A stretch of DNA of 64,000 bases from Candidatus Gastranaerophilaceae bacterium. GTDB lineage: Bacteria > Cyanobacteriota > Vampirovibrionia > Gastranaerophilales > Gastranaerophilaceae. The notes under the pieces are model-generated. The model ran no database searches. It was not told where the DNA came from and saw only the letters and a list, made by a program, of their open reading frames with translations. Positions 19,171-26,735 of the stretch are shown here, one piece after another. A program made the translations under genes and the position numbers. The stretch is taken from assembly GCA_045652525.1 (NCBI GenBank), contig JAZRUK010000043.1:8973-72972 (forward strand), in the 5' to 3' direction. Position 1 is the first letter of the stretch, and each line of letters begins with the position of its first letter.

Positions 19171-20088
19171 ATGAAATTATTTAAGAAAGAAAAGACAGAA
19201 ACACATAAAATTTTAACTATTTTAGGTTTTAAAATTAAATTAAGACGACCTCCAAAAAGTTTCTCACAAACAGAAGTCTTGAATCTGTTAAATTCTATTG
19301 TTGATATACGTAATTGTCCAAAAGCTAGGGGTAAATTAAGAAAACTACAAATTGCAGACACTTTATTGTTAAATATTTTTCATAATATTTGTGAAAAACA
19401 TGGAATACAATACTGGTTAACAGATGGTACATTGTTAGGTGCAATTAGACATAATGATTTTATTCCTTGGGATGATGATTTAGATATAGCAATTGTTTAT
19501 GACTCATTTGACAAGCTTGTGGAAATTTTGCAAAACGAATTCAAAAATACAAATTTGATATTATATGGTGTTGAAAAATCTCGTTTGGGTAATGCTACAC
19601 TAAGGATTACACATAAAGATTTTGAATATTTAAATTTGGATATTTTTTATTCACATCCTTCGGCTCTTCAATACGAAGACAAACCTTTTGTTAGAGAAAG
19701 ATGGGATTATTATAGAAGTACATACTACAAAAAATATCCGAAAATTTCTAAAAACGAGACAGCAATAATTTTAAAAGATTTTAGAGATGAATTAAATACT
19801 CCATTTGAACAAGATATAAAGAGAACTACTCTTGAATCTTCAAATATATTGGTTAACCAAATATCTTCTGATTTTAGATGTTTGAAAAAAGATTGGGTGT
19901 TTCCACTTGTAAAACATCAATTTGGTGAGTTTGAATTTTATGTTCCTAATTCTTACGAAAGGGTTCTTACTGAATGTTATGGGGATTACATGTTATTCCC
20001 GCCAAATACTCAGCACCATGGTACTTGGTTTACAAGCTTTGAAGAAGACAGTATTGACCAAATAATAAACGAGTTGAAAAATATCTAA
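19171..20088 (+). CDS. licD: LicD-family phosphotransferase (copy 2)
   Basis: YWLTDGTLLGAIRHNDFIPWDDDLDIAI signature. Confidence 0.8.
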   Translation: MKLFKKEKTETHKILTILGFKIKLRRPPKSFSQTEVLNLLNSIVDIRNCPKARGKLRKLQIADTLLLNIFHNICEKHGIQYWLTDGTLLGAIRHNDFIPWDDDLDIAIVYDSFDKLVEILQNEFKNTNLILYGVEKSRLGNATLRITHKDFEYLNLDIFYSHPSALQYEDKPFVRERWDYYRSTYYKKYPKISKNETAIILKDFRDELNTPFEQDIKRTTLESSNILVNQISSDFRCLKKDWVFPLVKHQFGEFEFYVPNSYERVLTECYGDYMLFPPNTQHHGTWFTSFEEDSIDQIINELKNI

Positions 20089-20366
20089 AGCACTATTTCG
20101 TGAATAATTTCGTTATAAGTTGTATCAACTACAATATCTATACCTGTTGTGTCGTGTGGATCTGAATTACGTTTTAAGGAATCTTGTAATTCAAATGTAT
20201 CACGTTCAAGAGGATCTATTGTAGAACAACTGTTCATATTAGGTAACATCGATAGCGCTACAACTGGGACTAATAAAACAGTTTTTCTTGCTTTGTTTTC
20301 TTTATTTGTGCCTGTAAATAATGTTTGATGATTTGCACGTATTTGTGCGTTAGAAATTTTTAACAT
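20085..20366 (-). CDS. Hypothetical small exported or lipoprotein-like protein (93 aa)
   Basis: Start moved to the ATG behind GAGGG; hydrophobic stretch VLLVPVVALSMLPNMNSC; no recognisable family. Confidence 0.35.
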   Translation of the reverse strand: MLKISNAQIRANHQTLFTGTNKENKARKTVLLVPVVALSMLPNMNSCSTIDPLERDTFELQDSLKRNSDPHDTTGIDIVVDTTYNEIIHEIVL

Positions 20367-20452
20367 ATCATACCCTCTTTTTCTTGAATATAGCATTAAA
20401 AAAAATAATTGCAAAATGTTTGTTTGTATTAAAATAAACAAGAGGCTATTGT

Positions 20453-21241
20453 ATGAACAGTATTGATTCAAAAATAAAAGACCTACTAATAGATTTGAAA
20501 GAACATCATTGTATTACATCTTTAAAAGCTGAATTTGAAGCTGAGGGTGCGTCTTTTGATGAAGTTGTTCTATTAAAACAATATGCTGATTCGGTTGGGT
20601 TAGACTTAACTTTGAAAATTGGTGGTTGTGAAGCTGTTAGAGATCTTCGTGATGCAAAAAAGATTGGAGCTGATGTGATTGTTGCTCCAATGATTGAGTC
20701 AGCTTATGCGCTTAAAAAATTTGTATCAGCTGTGAGTAGTGTTTATGCAGATGAAGTTTGGCCAGTGTTGCTTATAAATATCGAGACCATAACTGGAATT
20801 AATAATATTGATGAAATTATTTCCACTGAAGATTTCTTAAAAATTTCTGGTGTTGTTTTGGGCCGTACTGATTTGATAGGTTCTTTGGGGTTAAGTTCAC
20901 TTGAGCCTGATATAAATATAATCTTCGAATTATCACAGAAATTATCAGATCTAATGAAGTCAATGAATAAAAAAATAATTATTGGCGGTAGTATTTCAGA
21001 TAATTCTATTAATTTTCTAAAAGATTTGTCGTATCTTTCTAATCTGGAAACTCGAAAGATTGTATTTGCTCCAAGTATATTGTGTAATGGTAGCTTTTCA
21101 GATGGAATTAACAAGGCGTTAAGATTTGAAATTTTATGGCTAGAAAATAAAGTTTCTTCATCCCAGTTGCCTAATTCATATGATCTTGAAAGGTTGAGAG
21201 TTTTAAATAAACGCTACAATTGTTTGGTTAATAAGATATAA
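20453..21241 (+). CDS. HpcH/HpaI aldolase, citrate-lyase-beta or PEP-utiliser-like TIM-barrel protein (tentative)
   Basis: VIVAPMIESAYALKKF and GRTDLIGSLGL resemble the PMVES / G-x-N-D-L pattern of this superfamily. Confidence 0.4.
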   Translation: MNSIDSKIKDLLIDLKEHHCITSLKAEFEAEGASFDEVVLLKQYADSVGLDLTLKIGGCEAVRDLRDAKKIGADVIVAPMIESAYALKKFVSAVSSVYADEVWPVLLINIETITGINNIDEIISTEDFLKISGVVLGRTDLIGSLGLSSLEPDINIIFELSQKLSDLMKSMNKKIIIGGSISDNSINFLKDLSYLSNLETRKIVFAPSILCNGSFSDGINKALRFEILWLENKVSSSQLPNSYDLERLRVLNKRYNCLVNKI

Positions 21242-21242
21242 A

Positions 21243-21270
21243 AAAGGCTTGCTATTTAAGCAAGCCTTTA
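21243..21270. terminator. Bidirectional terminator
   Basis: AAGGCTTGC-TATTTAA-GCAAGCCTT hairpin between convergent genes. Confidence 0.6.
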
Positions 21271-21278
21271 GTAATTAA

Positions 21279-22301
21279 TTATTGAATAACTTTTATCCAA
21301 CCTTCAGGAGCTTCAATTCTTCCCATTTGAATTCCTGTTAAAGTATCATATAATTTTTTAGTTATTTCACCCATATTTTCAGTATCTTTAGCAATGAAAA
21401 TATCTTTGTCGTGATCAACAACTCTACCTACTGGTGATAGAACAGCAGCGGTACCGCATAGTGCGCATTCAGTGAAGTCTTTTATTTCATTAACTAAAAC
21501 TTCTCGTTCTTCTGTTTTTAGACCCAAGCAATGTTCAGCTACATACATTAATGAACGACGAGTTATTGATGGAAGAATTGTATCAGATTTTGGTGTGACA
21601 ACAGTACCTTCTTTAGTTACAAAAATAAAGTTAGCACCACCAGTTTCTTCTACTTTTGTTCTTGTTGCTGAATCAAGATACATGTTTTCGCTGTATCCTT
21701 GATTGTGAGCATCTACAATTGCGTGTAAACTCATTGCGTAATTTAATCCTGCTTTAACGTGACCTGTTCCTCTAGGTGCAGCTCTGTCAAAATCAGGGAC
21801 TCTTAATGTTATAGGTTTTGCTCCACCTTTGAAGTATGGTCCTACTGGAGTTACAAATATTCTAAATTGATATTCTGTAGCGGGTTTAACACCAATTACT
21901 GCATTACTTCCGAACATATATGGTCTTAAATATAATGTAGCACCTGAACCATATGGTGGCACAAGGTCAATATTTGCTTTGATAACTTTTTCTACGGCTT
22001 CTATAAATCTATCTTCAGGAAATACTGGCATTTCTAGACGTTTGCAAGAATCCGCCATTCTCTTTGCGTTTAGATCAGGTCTAAAACAAACAACGTTACC
22101 ATTTTTTGTTCTGTAAGCTTTTAATCCTTCAAAACATGTTTGAGCGTATTGTAAAACACCAGCACTTTCGTTAATAGTAACTGTTGCATCTGTTGATAAA
22201 ACACCGTCATCCCATTTGCCATCTTTGAAATTAGATATGTATCTGTATTCGGCTTGAATGTAACCGAAACCTAGGTTTGCCCAATCTAAATCTTTTTTCA
22301 T
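21279..22301 (-). CDS. ilvE: Branched-chain amino acid aminotransferase (class IV)
   Basis: 340 aa; LDWANLGFGY N-terminus; fold-type IV motifs EGLKAYR and GTGHVKAG.NY. Confidence 0.9.
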   Translation of the reverse strand: MKKDLDWANLGFGYIQAEYRYISNFKDGKWDDGVLSTDATVTINESAGVLQYAQTCFEGLKAYRTKNGNVVCFRPDLNAKRMADSCKRLEMPVFPEDRFIEAVEKVIKANIDLVPPYGSGATLYLRPYMFGSNAVIGVKPATEYQFRIFVTPVGPYFKGGAKPITLRVPDFDRAAPRGTGHVKAGLNYAMSLHAIVDAHNQGYSENMYLDSATRTKVEETGGANFIFVTKEGTVVTPKSDTILPSITRRSLMYVAEHCLGLKTEEREVLVNEIKDFTECALCGTAAVLSPVGRVVDHDKDIFIAKDTENMGEITKKLYDTLTGIQMGRIEAPEGWIKVIQ

Positions 22302-22311
22302 AATTTTCTCC

Positions 22312-23292
22312 TTATAACATAGATTTTCTTAATTCTTCATTTGATTTAGGACTCAAGTAAGCAGGTGCAATATCAAATACAGTTTTACAGCCTGATTGCC
22401 CCTCCTTAGATAATTTATAAGCGGCTCTTGCGTACGCAACTAAGACACTTGATGTAAATTCAGGATTAGAATCCAGTTTTAAACTATATTCAATAACGTG
22501 GTTATGTTCTTTATTTAATCCTGTTTTGCCAGTGCGGATAACAAATCCACCATGAGGTATTCCGCTGTGCTTTTCTATTAATTCTTCTTCTGAAATGAAA
22601 TTAACAGTAGTGTTATAATCCGCGAAATAGTTTGGCATGTTTACAATTTCTTCTTCAACGCGTTTTGCATCTGCACCTTCTTCTAAAACAACATAACATT
22701 CACGGGTGTGTTTTTCGCGAGTGGAGAGTGTAGGGTTTTCGCAATTTTTAACAGATGCCAAAGCTTTTTCAACTGGTACAGTATATTGTTTTGCGTTTTT
22801 AACTCCTTCAATTCTTCTTATGGCGTCTGAATGTCCTTGACTAACTCCACGCCCCCAAAAAGTATAATCGTTTCCGTCTGGTAAAATTGCACTTGCGTAT
22901 AATCTGTTAAGTGAAAATAGGCCAGGGTCCCAACCTACTGAAATTACAGCGACTTTGTTACCAGATTTAGCCGCTTTATCTACATTATCAAAATGCTCAG
23001 GGATTCTGGCATGTGTATCGAAACTATCAACAACATTAAATAATTTTGCACAATCAGGAGTCTGCGTTGGTAAGTCTTTAGCGCTGCCACCGCAAAGAAT
23101 TAAGACATCAATTTTGTCCGTCCAATTTTCCAATTCTGAAATATTTAAAACTTTAGCAGTTTTTGAATTAATTTTTAAATCTTGGGGATTTCTGCGAGTA
23201 AATACGGCAACAAGTTCCAAGTCTGGATTTTGTTCAACTGCGCTCTCTACTCCTCGTCCAAGGTTTCCATAACCTAAAATACCTAATCTCAT
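22312..23292 (-). CDS. ddh: meso-diaminopimelate D-dehydrogenase
   Basis: MRLGILGYGNLGRGVE Rossmann N-terminus; WDPGLFS and RGVSQGHSDA motifs; 326 aa. Confidence 0.87.
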   Translation of the reverse strand: MRLGILGYGNLGRGVESAVEQNPDLELVAVFTRRNPQDLKINSKTAKVLNISELENWTDKIDVLILCGGSAKDLPTQTPDCAKLFNVVDSFDTHARIPEHFDNVDKAAKSGNKVAVISVGWDPGLFSLNRLYASAILPDGNDYTFWGRGVSQGHSDAIRRIEGVKNAKQYTVPVEKALASVKNCENPTLSTREKHTRECYVVLEEGADAKRVEEEIVNMPNYFADYNTTVNFISEEELIEKHSGIPHGGFVIRTGKTGLNKEHNHVIEYSLKLDSNPEFTSSVLVAYARAAYKLSKEGQSGCKTVFDIAPAYLSPKSNEELRKSML

Positions 23293-23340
23293 AATTTTAT
23301 ACCTCGCTATATCTTTTAATATAGCACAAAGGTATCAAAA

Positions 23341-23547
23341 TTAATCTTCAATTAGTACAAAATCTTGTGTGTTTGCAAAAATGCCTAAAATGTGTTGTTC
23401 TTCACCGTCAAAAGCTGTGTGTGGCACAAAGTTATTGTTTTTATTCCCAAAAACAGTATTTAAAAAGCTGTTCTCTTTAACTTCATTAGCTGTGCTTACT
23501 ACTTTCACACCGTGTATGTTGTTTGGCCCATTTACTTCAAATCCCAT
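23341..23547 (-). CDS. Hypothetical 68-aa protein
   Basis: AAAGGA 7 nt before the ATG; co-directional and 48 nt upstream of ddh; no family recognised. Confidence 0.3.
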   Translation of the reverse strand: MGFEVNGPNNIHGVKVVSTANEVKENSFLNTVFGNKNNNFVPHTAFDGEEQHILGIFANTQDFVLIED

Positions 23548-23701
23548 AGAGGTATCCTTTCAATTACATATATTATGTCGGTTTTTATAGTGAAAATCTT
23601 GAGTAATTCTAGTTAAATATTAATTAATGTTTACAATTAATTGCGCACTCCTGAATTTAAATGTATTATGTAACTGTTACAGATTTATTAGGAGAGGTTA
23701 T

Positions 23702-24847
23702 ATGAAGAAGATATTGAAAGGCTTGTTATCTGCATTAGTTGTAACGTTAACTGTCGGAGTTGCAAATGCATTTCCAGATGTATCAGATAGTCATTGGGCA
23801 GCGCCACAGATAAAATTGTTATCGGAACAAGGTGTTATTGTTGGTTATCCCGATGGTACTTTTAAACCAGATGATAATGTTACAAGAGCGGAATTTGCCT
23901 CAATGGCTATAAAAGCTTTAGGACAGCAAAATACAAAAGTTGTTCAACCTGTTAATTTTACTGATATTACAAATGAACATTGGGCATATGATGCGATTCA
24001 AAAAGCATTGTATTTCGAATTAGTTTCAGTAGAAAAAGACGGGGAATTGTTTAGACCTGATGATTCAGTTTCAAGAGCAGAGTCATTGTCTGTTGCTGTT
24101 AATGCTCTTACTACAGAACAAATCAGTGCTTTAAAAGCAAGAGAAGTTCTTAAAAAAGCATATGCGGATTCTCATGTTATACCTGAATGGTTTTTAATTC
24201 CAGCAGGTAAAGCAGAAATTTTGGGTATGATAGTTGTGATTCCGAGTGAGACAAAAGCAAAATTGGATGCTGACAGACCAGCTACTCGTGCTGAAGTTGC
24301 TGCAATTTTGTTTAATATGATGGAACAGGCAAAATTAAATCCGAATGCTAAACTTGCAGAAGCAATGAGAAAGAAAACAGGAGAAGGTTTTGTAGTTGAG
24401 AATGCTACTGTTCAAGGTAGTGTTGGAACTATACCTGCAGGTTCTGTTGTCCCAGTTGAGTTGTCTAAATTCATCGGATCTCAAACTTCAGAAGCGGGTG
24501 ATATTTACATGGGTAGAGCTGCACAAAATTACGTAACTAAAGATAAATTTATTTTGGTTAGAGAAGGTTCGACTCTTAAGGGTCAACTAACTGATGTGCG
24601 TCCAGGCAAATGGTTTGTAAGAAACGGTGTTTTGGTTCTTGATAATGCTATTATAACAACCAATAACGATCAAACTGCAGTATTTAGTGGCACAGCACAA
24701 GTTGTTAAAGATAGAAATTGGTTTATGAAGTTTGTGCGTTTTTGTTTTAAAGGTGAAAAATTAGAAGTTCCAGCAGAAGGATTTGTTAATTTAAAACTTT
24801 TAAAACCTGTAAAAGTTGATTTGACGAATGGTTGGATTTTAGAATAA
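23702..24847 (+). CDS. Secreted SLH-domain protein with a C-terminal beta-rich domain
   Basis: AGGAGAGG RBS; signal peptide ...GVANA/F; SLH repeats (FPDVSDSHWAAPQIKLL..., FTDITNEHWAYDAIQ...); start moved to 23702. Confidence 0.8.
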   Translation: MKKILKGLLSALVVTLTVGVANAFPDVSDSHWAAPQIKLLSEQGVIVGYPDGTFKPDDNVTRAEFASMAIKALGQQNTKVVQPVNFTDITNEHWAYDAIQKALYFELVSVEKDGELFRPDDSVSRAESLSVAVNALTTEQISALKAREVLKKAYADSHVIPEWFLIPAGKAEILGMIVVIPSETKAKLDADRPATRAEVAAILFNMMEQAKLNPNAKLAEAMRKKTGEGFVVENATVQGSVGTIPAGSVVPVELSKFIGSQTSEAGDIYMGRAAQNYVTKDKFILVREGSTLKGQLTDVRPGKWFVRNGVLVLDNAIITTNNDQTAVFSGTAQVVKDRNWFMKFVRFCFKGEKLEVPAEGFVNLKLLKPVKVDLTNGWILE

Positions 24848-24852
24848 TTCAT

Positions 24853-24885
24853 AAAGGCGACATTTTATAATGTCGCCTTTATATT
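24853..24885 (+). terminator. Terminator after the SLH gene
   Basis: AAAGGCGACA-8 nt-TGTCGCCTTT hairpin. Confidence 0.55.
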
Positions 24886-24914
24886 AATTAATTTTAAGTT
24901 TTTAAAGCAAACAA

Positions 24915-24942
24915 TTGCAATGGATTTGTTTTATGTTACAAT
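24915..24942 (+). promoter_or_regulatory. Putative promoter of the blaI-like operon (extended -10)
   Basis: TTGCAA (24915-24920), 16-nt spacer, TGtTACAAT (24934-24942). Confidence 0.5.
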
Positions 24943-24977
24943 GTTAGTAGTTAATAGTTAATCAAAGGAAGTACGTT

Positions 24978-25322
24978 ATGGTGTGTGGAAAGTTAGAAAT
25001 TGATATTTTGAATTCGTTTTGGAGTTTAACTGAACAAAATGAGGATATGGATATATCAATTCAAGATATTGTTGATGACTTAGCTGCATCAGGTATAGAA
25101 AGAGCTTACACTACAATTAAAACAGTTATGGACAGATTAACTGTAAAAAGTGTTTTAGTTCGATACAAAGTTGGTAAAAAATTCTTTTATAAAGCTGCTA
25201 TGGATAGACGTGAAATGACTTTAGAATCAGTAAAAACTTTAGCAGATCAGTTTTTTGCTGGAAGTTATACAGATTTGTTGCGTTTTGTGGAACGTGAATG
25301 CAGCGAATATTTAGTTAGATAA
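24978..25322 (+). CDS. BlaI/MecI/CopY-family winged-helix transcriptional repressor
   Basis: 114 aa; ISIQDIVDDL...AYTTIKTVMDRLTVKSVLVRYKVGKKFFYKA matches the penicillinase-repressor pattern. Confidence 0.78.
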   Translation: MVCGKLEIDILNSFWSLTEQNEDMDISIQDIVDDLAASGIERAYTTIKTVMDRLTVKSVLVRYKVGKKFFYKAAMDRREMTLESVKTLADQFFAGSYTDLLRFVERECSEYLVR

Positions 25323-25324
25323 TT

Positions 25325-25687
25325 ATGACAATTATAGAAAACAGAAAGAGAGTGGCTGAGTTATTACGTCATGTCAGGCTAGGGGATATGCATGTGCGTG
25401 ATGCGTTATTGGCATTTCCTGATTCTACTGATGACAAGAGTGTTATGGCAGCATATCATGCATTAGTTCATTATGAAGCTGATGAGGATTTGCGTCGTAG
25501 AGATGATTTATATAGAGAAGAACAAGATGATTATATAGAGTTTCTATCTCATATTCTTGATAAAGGTGAGGATTTACCGGATAACATAATTAGAAGTTAC
25601 GAGCAATATTATAAAGCAGCTAATATTCCTCATTCAAAAGATACAAAAGGTTTTTTACAAAGTTTTTTTAGATTTTTAAACATATAA
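25325..25687 (+). CDS. Hypothetical acidic 120-aa protein
   Basis: Starts 2 nt after the blaI-like stop; no TM segment; D/E/R-rich core; no family recognised. Confidence 0.55.
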   Translation: MTIIENRKRVAELLRHVRLGDMHVRDALLAFPDSTDDKSVMAAYHALVHYEADEDLRRRDDLYREEQDDYIEFLSHILDKGEDLPDNIIRSYEQYYKAANIPHSKDTKGFLQSFFRFLNI

Positions 25688-25697
25688 AGGTGGTATT

Positions 25698-26732
25698 ATG
25701 AAAAAAATTATATTAACAGCATTAGCAATTTCATTACTTTCAAGTTCAGCATTTGCATTTTCATTTTTTAAAAAAACTAAATCTGCAGATTTGGTAACTG
25801 TTCCCCTTTTTAACTCTGAAATAACAGCTGAAAATAAAGTATGGGCGGGGACATTTGAACTTGTTTGGAATGACCTGATGGATAATGTGGTAAAAGCTCC
25901 TGTTGTTTTTACTGATGGTGAAAACACTTTGGCCTCAGAATTGAATAAACAAAATTTTAAAAAGGAATACTTATCGGAAAATTCATATTATACCGCTCAT
26001 GGTGTTATGACTAAATCTCTTAAAAAAACGATTGAAGAAGGATTGTTAGAAAAATTTAATGATAAAAGTGATATTTTAGATTCTTTATCTTGGAATGGTA
26101 AAAATTTTTTAGTTTACGCGATGTTAAAAAAAGATTTTGAATTTGTGAGTGCATTCAAAGAACTTAAAAAAAATAAATTTGCCAATAAAGGTAAAAAGGT
26201 TAAATATTTTGGTGTAGAAAAAAATGGAAAATCAGAGCTTAGAGATTCTATTAGTGTATTGTTCTATAATTCTCAGGATGATTTTGCCGTTCAAATTTAC
26301 ACAAAAACTAATGATAAAGTTATATTGTATCGAACAAATGACAATGTATCTTTTGAAAAGATGTACAATGATATGTTGGCTAAATCTTCTGTTTATAAAG
26401 GTTCAAAATCTTTCACTAAAAAAGATAGGTTGAAAGTTCCATTTATTGAATTTAAAACAAAGCATATTTACAAAGAATTGGCCAATAAAACAATTTTAAA
26501 TTCTGATTTTACAATAGATGAAGCATTGCAAACTATAGATTTTAAAATAGATAATAAAGGTGTAAAATTAAAAAGCGAAGCGGCTTTGGTTATGAAAATG
26601 TCTTTGGAACCTATTGGCAAATCTGAACCGCGAGATTTCTTCTTTGAGGATGCTTTTGTGTTATACTTAATCGAAAAAGATAAACCATATTTTGCATTAA
26701 GGATTGCTGATTTAGCGGGGTTAAATAAATAA
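25698..26732 (+). CDS. Secreted protein with divergent serpin-like architecture (tentative)
   Basis: Signal peptide; LKVPFIEFKTKHIYKEL, KSEAALVMKMS and DFFFEDAFVLYLIE...YFALRI follow the order of serpin s2C/s5A, hinge and s4B-s5B motifs; N-terminal helices shortened. Confidence 0.4.
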   Translation: MKKIILTALAISLLSSSAFAFSFFKKTKSADLVTVPLFNSEITAENKVWAGTFELVWNDLMDNVVKAPVVFTDGENTLASELNKQNFKKEYLSENSYYTAHGVMTKSLKKTIEEGLLEKFNDKSDILDSLSWNGKNFLVYAMLKKDFEFVSAFKELKKNKFANKGKKVKYFGVEKNGKSELRDSISVLFYNSQDDFAVQIYTKTNDKVILYRTNDNVSFEKMYNDMLAKSSVYKGSKSFTKKDRLKVPFIEFKTKHIYKELANKTILNSDFTIDEALQTIDFKIDNKGVKLKSEAALVMKMSLEPIGKSEPRDFFFEDAFVLYLIEKDKPYFALRIADLAGLNK

Positions 26733-26735
26733 CAA

